A DNA stretch of 61,845 nt, filler included, from Basidioascus undulatus (Eukaryota), in NCBI GenBank assembly GCA_000826855.1. It is 5 parts of 5 records of this genome, joined end to end, with 100 filler letters (N's around TTAATTAATTAA, not from the genome) between each part and the next. Parts side by side here need not be neighbours in the genome. Positions count along the whole stretch, not along the records: positions 35,807 to 43,391 come from JTLS01001522.1; positions 43,492 to 54,170 come from JTLS01001523.1; 3 more parts are not named here. The stretch is one strand, 5' to 3'. The notes under the pieces are model-generated. The model saw only the letters and a program-made list of their open reading frames with translations. It had not been told where the DNA came from and ran no database searches. The position numbers were made by a program, and so were the translations under genes. Shown here piece after piece: positions 37,559-49,414 of the stretch. Within the stretch, counting starts at the first letter, position 1. Every line of letters starts with the position of its first letter.

Positions 37559-38792
37559 GCTGGCGAGTGTAAGTATAGGTGGATTGAAGGCGCAGAGTGA
37601 TATGGCGAACTGGCGGGTGACGATGGTAGGTGGCAAAAGACAAAGAACGACGCCGCCAAAACGCGGCGTTTCGGGCTCTGCGTTGATTCTCGAATGGGGT
37701 TCACATGCTCAACCACTCATCGCCTCATAAACAGTCTAATAAGACCGTGGTATAATCCAGGTACAGTTGGTAGACTATCGTCAAACCCGGAGAAACGGAC
37801 GATCCGTGAATGAAAGAGGGTAAGATTCATGGCTCCTTCGTCTCCCTCCTCTCAAACCCGCCCTGAGAGTTACAAACCGAATCAAATTCTCAAAATGATT
37901 AACCACAACGTGTTTTAATGTTCTCCTGCTCCCTCTCAAAAATAAATAAAATGATCCCCATCGACGGCTACAGGCTCTCGTTGATCGGTCCCCAGCCCAA
38001 ATTTATCTTACCTGCATGACTCTCCTAAAGGTGCACCCAAGATACCGTGGTCGAACGGTGGTGTCACCGTGGTGCTCGTTAAGCGCTGCTTCCTCCGCCA
38101 TGGTCCTCCGCCGGCGCCGTCGCAAAAGTGTGATAGTAAGCTTTCATGAAAAGTTAAGTCTCCGATATGCAACTTGCACTGCTCACACACAATCGCTGCG
38201 TCCTGCTCCTACCGCTGGCTTGACGCGCCCTTCACTCAGCGTATGCCCCTCTGTGTGTCCACCACCGCCCTTCACCGAACCTCACAGCACAGTAATAGCA
38301 ATCGGACGGGCAGAGTGTCATGCTTTCAGTCGAATCAAATCCATCCCATCCCAAATCAAATCTCCAGCTCCTCGTCCCAGTCCTCCTCGACGGGAAAGTC
38401 GCCCAACGTCGCGTGCTCAGGCCAAATGAGCAGCCCAATTTGTTTTTGCACTCGAGATACCTCACGCCCAGTCGATCCAAGTCAGTCAATCGGTATCCCA
38501 CTTTGGGTGTCCGTGGAGGTGATGAACTTGTGATGAACAGCGAGAACAGCCGGAGTGAAGGTTTGTATGATGTGTTTACCATGGACATCTTGTTTGTTGG
38601 GGAAGCGAAAGGCACAAAAGAAGGCGAGCCTGAGCCGGACGCGCCGCGCAGTTGCACGCGCGCATTTCTCGCAGGGGAAGGGGCAGCTTTCGCCTCGTCT
38701 CGCCGCAGAGCATCAACAACTCGCGTATCGCCACCTAGCAAAAGTAAGCCCTAGGGATATATACGATTCATAACCACAAAAAGCGATAAAAA

Positions 38793-38885
38793 TGGACGTT
38801 CCCGGGATTGAACCGGGGACCCCCTCAAGTCCATTTGACAGTTCAATCTGCAAATGAGATGTGATAGCCACTACACCAAACGCCC
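38793..38885 (-). tRNA. tRNA-Ala (TGC) with ~20-nt intron
   Basis: Minus-strand acceptor GGGCGTT/AACGTCC with the G3:U70 Ala identity pair. Anticodon arm TCTCA-TTTGCA[intron]T-TGAGG, T arm CCCGG-TTCAATC-CCGGG, T-run downstream. Confidence 0.93.
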
Positions 38886-40421
38886 AGGTTGGGAGACATG
38901 GTCCATAAAATTTTTAAAAACACATTCTCTGAACATGAACATGCTTGCGACGGTCAGGCAGCATACAGTCCGCTTTGCTGAAAAGAAGTGCCAAAAAGCA
39001 CCCTCAAATACCATGACCTAGATTTCCACAAGAGTCCCAGTGGTCCCTTTGCCCTTTCAAAGTGTTTCTCAGACCCGCCTGGGGACCATGTTTGTCCTAT
39101 AGATAAGCTCAAAAATCAGAAGTCAAAGTGGTGTCGTGGGCAGCAGCTTGACTCTCTGTCATGGCTGTGATTAATCTGGGGTTGCTGTAGTGCTGCAACG
39201 GCACCCGTTGTTCATAGGCTTTGGCTGCACTGGAATATGTCTTCCCTTCCAATGTTCAAAAGCAGCGAGACATCCCACTCTAAGTGTCCAGATCCTCAAG
39301 AGATCCAGCTATGGCTTGGAACATCATGAAGTAGCTATCTGCACCCCAGGCCTTCAGCTAGACATACTAACGCCGGGGTTTCCTTGGATCCAAAGACTGA
39401 CATTGCCCTCTCAAAATGGTTTGCAGAAACACCTGAGCCATACTTTCATTTCGAAATTCTCGGGAGTTAACCCTGTAATGTACAGCGAGTGGGGAAGATC
39501 TTGCACTGCCTCGGGGATGCCTCCACGCAGTTAGTTTCAAGCGAACTTCCAGCGCATTACAAGCAAACTTCCAGCGGACTGCTAACATTCCGAAACTATT
39601 GGGCATAAATTGTTAAAACTGATCCCTGATATGTCAAAACAATCAGAAGACAACTGTGTGCTGTGCTGGATTGGGGCTTCACAGGGCCCTGGCAAACTGC
39701 GTTCCTCATTGTCCAGACGGCCTTTCAACCGCGACATTATACACATCTTCTTCCAACCCAAAAGTGGGGTTGACCTAAAATTCCTACAAAACAGACGTAC
39801 CTGTTTTGGAAAGGCTTGACGCAAGGTGCGAACAGGAGGTGATGGCAGCGAAGTGTCGACACGTCGTGATGCTCTGGGTGCCATAGCATCGGTGAAGCCG
39901 TTGATTCTGTGCTTCAGTATCACTTTAATTCACTCCATGGGAGCTATCACTGCCTACTACAATGTTTCTATTTGGGATTGCGGCTTTTTGCAGGCAGAGT
40001 TCCTGCCAGGCTGCGTGGCATTAGTGAGCAAGTTTTGCGCGCTTTCAGGAGACCCCGGTGCGAAGTTCGAATGACTTCACGAGAATTAGGAAGTACCCTG
40101 AAATAATCTTAAATCTCTATTTGGGGCATTGGTGAGTAAAATTGGTCACACCCTACAGCTGAGCTCAGTTTCATGGAAGAGAAGCCGACTAGTCTGAAAA
40201 GAGATGTCAAAGATGAATGCAGGAGAGGGAGTATAAGGAAAACATTCTTGAGTGATGCTCCAGGCTGCGTGGTGTCAACTACATGGCATAGGGCCACGCG
40301 CCCTATGAAGATCAGCCCGTGCCTGCCGATGCTGTGAAGTTGCCCCGGGTCGTCCCCCTTTTGTCTTCACACCACCATCCGCCCTTCCTGCCTCTCCTGA
40401 AGAACTGGGGATCAGCGCACC

Positions 40422-41221
40422 ATGTCTTCCAGCTCGAGCCTTAGCAATATTGCAACGTACCGCCCCTGCATACCCTGCTTCAACTGTTTGAAACTGCCGC
40501 CCGGGGGTGGCTTCAAGTTCAGCCAGTGTGGGCGATGCAAGCAGGATGCATTTTTCCCGTCCCGTCCCCTCCCCTCCAAAGACAGACCGCGTTCCTGATG
40601 AGGTCTGATGTCCTCTCAAAGTCTCGTACTGCTCCGTCGAATAAAGCGCAGACTGGTCAAAGCACAAGGCCGCATGCAAGCGCATCGGGCCGCGCACGCC
40701 GACCCCGAGTTCCCGCAGTCCTCCGCGGCTGTCTGGAGCGCCCTCCACAAGTGGTCTGCCAGGCACATAGAAGCGTTCATGATCGCCCTGTGTCTCGCCC
40801 TGGAGCTCCGAGAGAACCCCGCCAACTGATGCGAGCTAGCGCTCCTCATCCACCTCGTGCCCGTTGCCGGAGACGTGCGTCGCTTCGAGCCGGCCTGGTA
40901 CGCGATCTTTCCTCGGAAGAGGCGGAGGAAAGACTGGGCGAGGGCGAGGGACAGACCGTGCCGGAGAGTCTGGAGAATTCTCGCCAATGGAGTGCGCGTC
41001 CATTTCGGTTGAGATACAGAGCAGAAAGCTGATGCCGGTGCGGCCGTACCAGGCGTGGCGCAGGGTTCGAAGGGCACGTCATCCTCAGCGCTGACAAGGT
41101 CGTGATGCCCGTCGCCATTCCGGATCCAGAGGAAGACACTCTGAAGCGGCTTCTAGGCGCGTTCCTAGGCGCGCCGGGGCGATGGTGGGATGATCTGAAG
41201 GACAGGGTGCGGCGCGACTGA
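40422..41221 (+). pseudogene. MYND zinc-finger protein pseudogene
   Basis: CFNC...FSQCGRCKQ..SYCSVE*SADWSKHKAACKR. A stop sits where the CQ of the MYND motif is expected, no GT donor is evident, and later frameshifts and stops follow. Confidence 0.75.
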
Positions 41222-42077
41222 GAGGCCGGCTGAAGACCATCTGTACTCTCATCCATGAAAATGTGCCCTGCGTTGACATTCGCTTTCTGAAATTGTCTGA
41301 AAGGGTGCTTCACCTGACCGGCAAGCATATTCTCTCAGCGATTGTGGGAAAATTCGATACAGTTACCCTTCATCTGGAGCGGGAAGACTTCCACCCGTTC
41401 ACCGTGCAGTACAGAGTCAACTTGAGAAAATCTCGACAGGGGCAAATACGATCCGAGAACTGTAAAAGTGTACCAAAGGGCGAGGTTGTTGCAAACAAGA
41501 CCAGAGGAGCTACTTGCAGCTGTTCATGTTATGCCTGACGACGTGCCATGGGTGCTGTGCATGAGGTTGCCCTACAGACCGGCCCCGTGGACTAACACGA
41601 AGCTTGTCGGCATTCGCATTATTGTTTCAGTTTGTATCAGGCAGACAACATGTTAAAAAAGCGAATGAACAGTGGTGGTTCGATCGTCGCGCACGATCCG
41701 ACAGCACAGCGTCTCCTCCAATCCGCAATGTCAATGTCAACGTGTCCCCAGAGGTCATGATCCTCATTACTTCGCTCCGAAGAGAACGCAGCAATGGCAT
41801 GTGTGACAAGCTGTGCTGTCGACGGGCGCGAGACTGGATCGATGAAGGTCAGTAGGGTTCGCAGTGGCATCCATATTGGTCGATGGGAACGTAACACTCA
41901 CCTTAACTCGATGTAAGTCGCGCATAAATAACCTCCAATCCCTGTTCCTCTCCCACCCCTCCTCTCTGGCCCGACACCCTCCCACCCTCCTCCATCCCAT
42001 CTTCCGACCTCACAGTGCGCCCCATCCACTGCCCGTCCGATCCAGCGAGCTTGCGGCGCGCCGGCGCCAGCGCCGCG

Positions 42078-42429
42078 TTACCGCCCGCCTTCCGCCGGCG
42101 TGCCAATCATGGAGCTCACGCCATCGCGGCTAACCGGCTGCAAGCGGGTGAGCTCCTCGCGGCGGGCGAGCTGCGCGGCGTACTCGAGCTCGCGCTCCTT
42201 CTGCTCCTTCTTAAGCTCGCGGCGCGCGGCGTCGCGGATCACGCCTTGGTACATGGTCTGTTTCCCTCCCACACCATGGTCAGCTCCGAGGGCGGAATTG
42301 GGATTAAGGGGGAGCAGTAGGAGAGGCACGCACGTCCCGCTCGCGCTCCTGCTGGTAGTGCACGCCCCAGATCGTGATGAGCGCGAAGCCGAGGGACGCG
42401 CCGAACGTGAGCTTGGCTGCGCGGGACAT
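42078..42429 (-). CDS. PET117: cytochrome c oxidase assembly protein Pet117
   Basis: MSRAAKLTFGASLGFALITIWGVHYQQERERD|TMYQGVIRDAARRELK...QPVS, two exons. Confidence 0.92.
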
Positions 42430-42714
42430 GGCTGGGGTTGGTGGTGGTGGTGAAAAGGCAAGGATGTCAAGAAGCCTCGCGAAGCAAGAAGGCAGGCAGG
42501 CGGTATCTGGCGGCCGAGATTCGAGCCTGAAAGCAAGCAATTCGCGAATGGGCGTTTGGACCGAAAGCGCCGTCTGCGGCGGCCACTGCTAAGCTCATCG
42601 CCCTGCCCTCCTCCATCACCGCGCTCCTCCTCCTCTTCGCATCGTCCGTACTTACGCCCCGGCATACCGCTCTTTGAGACATCAAATTGACGTGTATATC
42701 TTGGACGACAGATA

Positions 42715-43318
42715 ATGGCTTCCCGCATCGCTGCCCGGCCCCTGCGCCTCACCGGTGCGTTGGCCTCGCAGGGGTGAGGGGGGAAGGCGCTGGCTGAGGA
42801 ACGGTCGCTGACGTCTGATCGTTGTTTCGCTGGGTGGGTGTGATTGTTGGATGTTGTATATTGGATTGGACGACACACAGCCGCTCTTGCGCGCCCGCAG
42901 CTCGCCGCTGCTGCCCCGCGCATCGCCGCCGCCGTCTCGTGCGTTGTCCTTGCCGTCTTCCTTACCCACACCTCCCTCACGCTCCTCCCCCTCTCCCTCT
43001 CCCCATACTCTCCCTTCCCCTCCGCCATTCCTCCAACCACCACCACCGGATCCCTCCAACAGTGCCCGCTCCTACTCGGACAAGCCCGCGCCGGCGGACA
43101 AGGCCGCGTCCATCCTCGACGCCCTCCCCGGCAACAGCCTCGTCTCCAAGACGGGCTCCGTCGTCCTTGGCACCGGCCTCGCCGCCGCCGCCGTCTCCAA
43201 CGAGCTCTACGTCTTCAACGAGGAGTCCGTCCTCCTCGCCGGCTTCATCGTCTTCTTCGGCTTCGTCGCCAAGATCATCCGCGAGCCGTACTCCAACTGG
43301 GCCAACGGCCAGATCGAG
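42715..43318 (+). CDS. ATP4: mitochondrial ATP synthase subunit b/4 (3' part lost in gap)
   Basis: Presequence MASRIAARPLRL..., then KAASILDALPGNSLVSKTG..LGTGLAAAAVSNELYVFNEESVLLAGF....AKIIREPYSNWANGQIE. Confidence 0.95.
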
Positions 43319-43391
43319 GTGCGTCCGCGGGGTGCCGGCTCTTTCGACGAACGGGCGTGAATGGCCCCCGGGGGGGGGGAGGGGGGGGGGG

Positions 43392-43491
43392 NNNNNNNNN
43401 NNNNNNNNNNNNNNNNNNNNNNNNNNNNNNNNNNNTTAATTAATTAANNNNNNNNNNNNNNNNNNNNNNNNNNNNNNNNNNNNNNNNNNNN
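43392..43491. other. assembly gap with TTAATTAATTAA spacer
   Basis: N-run, TTAATTAATTAA, N-run, following a poly-G tract. Confidence 0.98.
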
Positions 43492-43610
43492 TTGGAAGCG
43501 GGGAAACGGCATAGGGTAGCGCTCGTACGTCGGCGGGGAGGGGAGGGAGGCGCGGGCGCTGCTGGTCCCCCCCACGCCGAGGCCGAATCGTCCGCCCAGG
43601 GGTTGTCCAT
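43492..43610 (-). CDS. 5' end of an unknown gene running into the gap
   Basis: ATG at 43610 opens MDNPWADDSASAWGGPAAPAPPSPPRRRTS in GC-rich sequence up to the gap. Confidence 0.45.
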
Positions 43611-44059
43611 CCGCAACGACGAGGATGATCAGTTGAATGGGATTCGTGGAGATGCAGGGTGTACGTGGTCAAAGGGGCGAACTTGGGCAGCATGTGCGAT
43701 GAGGCTGTCGGCCGCCTGAGACTCGCGGATAAACCGGGGATTATAACCGGATGAAAGAGCGAGTGCCAAACAGCAGTCCGTGCAAAATGTACGAGGGTGT
43801 CCCATGTAGAGATCCGGGTAACCTCGTTTCTGGGTTGAAGCTGCGGCAGTGCACAGAAATTATTTATGCGTTCTAGACATGTATGTCAATATTGTATGAA
43901 TTTCCTAGAAGAGGTATTGCCTATTACGTCCCTTAGCGACTCTGTTACTTTGGCGAAAGACGCGGAGATCCTGAAAGGCTGGCTTGGCTTCATCTTCCGC
44001 AAGCCTGCTCCGAAGTGCAACTCACTTGCCATATCCACAACGTTCAGCTCAAATCCAGC

Positions 44060-44865
44060 ATGCCGAAACACCTTGAGCTTTCCACCGAGATCCTCTCCGA
44101 GATCCTCAAGCTCGCGTACGCCTCGGACCCTCACCCCACCAGCGCCGCCATCACCTCCCAACCGCGGCGCGGTCCGCTAGCAGCCTCCTCGTTTCGAAGC
44201 ATTTCAAGCTCATCTCTGAGCCCATCGTCTTCAAATCAATTCGCATCCACCATGCCAGGCACCGGAGATCGCTCCTCAGGCGCTGCACTCGCGACGCGGA
44301 CCTCGCACGCCACTGCACATCGATCGTCATCCGCAACGCAGTCTTGGGAGGACGAGAATCTCCCTCGCTTGCTACGTTGTCTCTCCAATGTCCGCTGCAT
44401 CGAGCTTGAGCTCCACGTCTATACCCCTTTAGACCACAATTTCCTTTTTGCAATGTGTGACATGCTCAAAACACTGAACCCGCTGGAGCTCACCTTCACC
44501 CTACACAACCAGTCATTCACTTGAACATGGAAGCGTCATACTCGTTGACCTGTCAAAGTGGGCTCCTCTATGCAAGCTGACTCTTTCTTGTCCGACTGCT
44601 CCTAAATCCTTCACTGTGCCTTCCAACTAGCGGAAGCCAACATCCACACCGTCTGCCTCTGCACTCCCCAATTTACGGAATGCAAGGGCTCTCACCTACC
44701 CACAAGTCAATGGGAATGTACGACTCGCTGCTCGATAATCCTTATATCTGCTCCCTTGAGGTCTCTAACCCTCAGCATGCGCATCCGTTCCTTGACCCTA
44801 ACAAGGGTCTCAGTGCTGCGTGGAGAGCATTGCAGCCTGGTGTGGAAATTATCGAGTTTGTTTGA
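44060..44865 (+). pseudogene. F-box-like gene, frameshifted
   Basis: MPKHLELSTEILSEILKLAY, then a frame change to SLLVSKHFKLISEPIVFKSIRI, then another to LPRLLRCLSNVRCIELEL. No plausible introns at the switch points. Confidence 0.65.
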
Positions 44866-45194
44866 GGACATCGCACTCCTGAGTGGAAGGCAGACCACGT
44901 CTCCCCTCCAATGCTCATGCTTGTGCGAATTTGTATAGGCGTATGTATTCCAGAAGTAGGAAAGGCCCCTTCAGTGAACATAAATCATGGGAACTGCAGA
45001 GGTTTTGGATCTAACCTAGTTAAAAAGAAACCTTTGTCCACATCTGGGTAAAATGCAAGCCTCGGGGGATTGCGGGCATGGAACCTGTCACCGCCTCGGT
45101 GTGCGGCCATGGTGGTTAGGCCTGCGTTCCTGGCGTTCTGCACTCCTGGATTCTCACCCACACTCCATCCTCTCATCGACGCTCAAAAGCTGAA

Positions 45195-46872
45195 ATGCCT
45201 CACCGCAATGAGCTCCCTTTCGAGCTCTGGATGAACATTGTGTCGCACCTCAATGAAGACGAAGACGGTCTCAGAGCCTGTCTCGCTGTTGCGCCTCTCA
45301 CCACCGCTCGCTTCGTGCACGACCTCGCATTCGCTGTCTTTTTCTCTTCGTTTAACCTGGAGGTCAGGGACCTCTAAATCTGGGCAAGGTTCCTTGGCCT
45401 TATCGGCAGGTTTTCCGGACGGCCCGAGTGCTGTGTCGTTCTGCGCGACGTCTCCCTCACCTTGGTCGCTCCGGAGTTTGGCTCGCATGCGGATTATCGC
45501 TGGGGTCCTGCGTTAGAACTGTTTATGAAGGGTACGTTTGGTTCTTCATTCTCACTTCCCTGTACGCTAGCAACAATGTGCTCATGCTCTTCCCTTTCAG
45601 CACTCGTTCACATTCTTTCCAAATCGCAATCCATGCGCAGCTTCTCATTCCAATGTCCCGAGACTTTCGATGCCTTCGTGAAGGTCGAGCATCTGCTCGA
45701 GATCCACCGTGTAGCCCCAAGTCTATCAGAAATTATGGTCTGGTAAGTCTTTCAGCAAAACCCTTCAGAGTCGAAGTTTACTGATTCACTATCAGAGTCG
45801 AATAGTAACCTCCGTTCTTTCGACGAGTCGGGATTGCTCGATCTCACCCCTTTCGCAGGTCTTTCGAAGCTGTCCCTTAGCCCCTGCTCGACCGGCCTTC
45901 CATGCCAACTTTTGCGGCTACCGCACGGCGTTGACATCTTGATGCTAGTTCGCATCAACTCGAAAGACATTCGGCGACCCATTGATCCAGTGATCGTCTC
46001 GCTGGACTTTTCGACGCTCTCGCAGTTTTCTCTCCACAAGACATCCATCTCGCCTCATGACATTGACCACCTTCTGCCGACAAAGCCACAGCGGCGCTCT
46101 CCTAGTACCAGCCGTCTCGCACTGGGGCTGGTGGGCGTCCGGTGCCCGACCTCCAGCACACCTAGAGGAATCTGTCGACCTGCAGTCCTTTGGCAAACCT
46201 CCGGTTCTTTCATTTTGGCCCTCACGAGGATGACTGCATCGCCCCGGGCGCCATGGAGGATATCGTCCGCGACTTTACAGCGTTTTGAGTTGCAATCCCA
46301 GCTCCAGCGCGTCACTTTCGGGGTCCATCACTATCTCGATGGCGCTTACCTCGATGTCGACGAGGCAGCAACCTTAGAATTCCTGAGCTCGAGGCGGCGC
46401 TTGCTACTCTCACCCGCCTGCGCATGCTTGACCTGTTCTGGCCCGAGCTCTCTTCGAGGAGCTTCTGCTTCCGGGAGAGCTTCTTGCAGTCAATCCAGAC
46501 CGTGGAAGTCCTCGTGATCACCGCCTTCCGTTCAATGGTGGGTAAGCCTTTCGAGGTACGCTGTCATCCAGGATACTTGCTTCATCAGAGAACTAACGAA
46601 ATGACCCCCCCCCCCCCGTCAGGCCTTTGCGATGGCAAAGGCTCTATCACACTTACCTTCGCTGGACACCTTTATCATCTAGTTCTCGGTGAATGTCCCG
46701 ACACATATCGAAACCTTCTTCGCTGAGATCTTGCTCAGGGGTCATCCGGGCTTGAAGCGCGTAAGGATTGATAATGACATGCACCACAGGAGGGACCTCG
46801 GGCAGGAAGACGGCGGGAAGGCCTCCTGTGGCGGGGTCCGGGTTGTTGAGGGAGAAGTTTCGGGCTACATGA
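45195..46872 (+). pseudogene. F-box-like/LRR-like gene with premature stop
   Basis: MPHRNELPFELWMNIVSHL...LRACLAV, TAA at 45375-45377, then fragmented LRR-like pieces (LDLTPFAGLSKLSLS; LQRVTFGVH; HPGLKRVRI). Confidence 0.65.
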
Positions 46873-48245
46873 GCTGGCTGATCATTTGTATATACTTGAC
46901 TTTGGTCAGTTGGGCCACGAGAATAGTTCAAGGCAGTGAAACACGTCGAGGTGCACCACAAGCAAAAGGATGGGTAATGGCTGGTCAGTGTTCAGTGGGG
47001 GACATTTGGATGGGTTTTAGAGGGCCAGGAGGCCGACAGGAACATGTGTCTCTGTGCCACCGATAAGCGCAACCTCGAGGGTTTGGCGGATCGAGGAGGA
47101 TTGGTTCGTTTCAAATTGTTGGGAAGTTAGGCATTCAGGAGACCCAACACAGGTCCGGGTTTCTCTGTTCCGTTTGCACGTCTTCGACGTCGTTTTCCAT
47201 GTCCGTAGCAGGGTCGAAACGCTCTAGCAAACCGATAAGGACACATCTTCATTGTTCACCACATTTTTATTTGGATATAAGGAAATTTCATAAAAAAAAC
47301 ACCATAGAAGTACAGGCACAACAGTAGGCAGCAACGGTCAGGCCCATCTTCCAAGCCAATCCTTCGTCAGGGTTCCTCGAAGAGTTCAAGTATCACAGCG
47401 ATGCTTTTCTGGGATAAATGGGGCCCTCGACGTCCGGCTTGACTTTCTGAACCACAAAGAGCAGCGCCATGCCCTGGCCGCAGCGTGCGTGCATCTGCAG
47501 AAGAGGTGGTATACGTCGGCACTTGATGGCAGATGCGATCTTTCCGGCGCTGCTACCTAGGAGACTCTATTCAGGAGGGTCCTTCATGGAGACCTAGCCA
47601 GGGCTGACGCCGAAGAGCGTGAAGCCCTTGTCCAGGTTTCAATGGCGTACTTGACAACAGACATCTCCAGTGCAGCTTGCCTGACCGGCCTGACCGGACA
47701 GCGTAGAGCCTCAAGGCTAAGACTGGCTGAACCTATGCTCTCGCTCACGTAGCCGTTTCAAAAACCTGCTCCTCAGGGTTGTCAGCAGCTTTGGTGACTA
47801 AGGTAGACGACGCGTTGAGCGACTTCAAGCCCCGATAGAAGCGGCAGGAAGGCGTTATTGGTGAAGGCGGCCCGACTGCGTTGACCCTAAAAAAATTGAA
47901 ATTTCACAAGGTTTCCTTTTTTACGAGGATGTTTTTCCTTGCCGAGTGGCGCCAATGTCACTCCAAGGAATTCATGCATTCAGGAACTGTCCAAAGATCG
48001 GCGCAATCTCGTCTTCGGGGCTTCAGTGGTATTAATAGAGAGACTGAACACTAAGAAAACCGCTGAGGTGGCTCTTATACGTACGGGCCGTGCACCCTTT
48101 TCAAGGCCGTGTACGGCGATGTGGCACTTCCCGGAGTCTGCGATGTGCGTCTTGTTGTCCACCCACCATCATCCCAGAGCAGAGCCTGCTACTCTCCGGC
48201 TCTCACCTACATTCAGCACAGCCAAAGCCTTTACCAACAGGGACC

Positions 48246-49086
48246 ATGTCGTCTCCGGCCTCTCCCGCCCCCGCGCTCCCCTCCGAGCTTCTCGCGTCCA
48301 TCCTGAAGGCCGCGACGCCACTCGCGGCGGACAGCAGCTCCTGCCTCTGCGCCTCGTCTGCCGCGACTTCGAGAAGGATATTACCTCTCTTATCTTTGGG
48401 AACCTGCACTTCGACAACGACCGGCGCGCCGCAGATGTTTGCTCGGCTCGCGCTCGCCCGTCCGGAGCTCTCAAGCAAACTCTCGAAGCTCGTCCTGCAC
48501 AACTTCGAACCTCTCCAGCCGCATGGTCCGCAGATCCTCGCAGTATGAAAAGGAGTTGGCGTCCTCGATCTCCGCTTCAACGACACGACCGACTGTACTG
48601 GATACGAGCGTTCGGAAGAAGGCTTCGCGATTTCACCCCCCGATGCCCTCGACCGCCTGTTCCGTGCGCGCCCGCTCCTTCGCCCGACGTCCGTCTCCAT
48701 CCATCGGCGGACTCCTCAACGTGCCGGCCCTGCTTACGGGATGGATTGGAGGGAACCTGCTCTAAATCATTCATGAAGTTTGGGGGGACGATCTCGAAGC
48801 GCTGCAGTGCGAGGAGACCTATCTTATACACGGTCTCGCCGATCATTCGGTTGCCGCTACGTATGGCTCCGTGATCATCGGCCCGCTATTCAAGACTGGT
48901 CAGAAGGTGGAATGCCTGCTCATTGCTCGAAATTTCCGCATTGCGTCACTCGAGTTCCTCGTGTACTCGCGTGGTCATCCGGAGAGAGGCCAGTTTTCGC
49001 TGAGCGCGAAGAACATCGAGTGCCTGCTTCGCGACGAGCCTGACGATGTGAAGGAGAGGGTGAGGGTCACTGTGGTCGATACTTGA
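48246..49086 (+). pseudogene. F-box-like gene, frameshifted
   Basis: MSSPASPAPALPSELLASILKAA, then a frame change to LLPLRLVCRDFEKDITSLIFGNLHF, then back to FARLALARPELSSKLSKLVLHNF, then a stop. Confidence 0.65.
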
Positions 49087-49414
49087 GAGTTGACTGGTTC
49101 TTCTTGTTCTACTGGCACGGGCACAGTGGGAGGGGCGGGGGAGAGAAAGGTTTGACTGTCGGGCAGCAGGCTTTGTTTGAAACAAATCGCACGTATTGTC
49201 CACAAAAAGCAATGACATATGCATGAATAAACGCGTTGTTGAAACTTTTGGGAAGGATTACCGCCAGTCTGGGTGAGGTAATTCGGAACGGTGGGCAGAC
49301 CTGGGCGAGTACAGGACCAGCCCACAGTCCATACTCTCCGAAGTTTTTTCCATGTGCAAAAATCTTGACGTCCACGTCCGCATGTATTGATGTGCCTCAT
49401 TGGCACCCTGCCGA

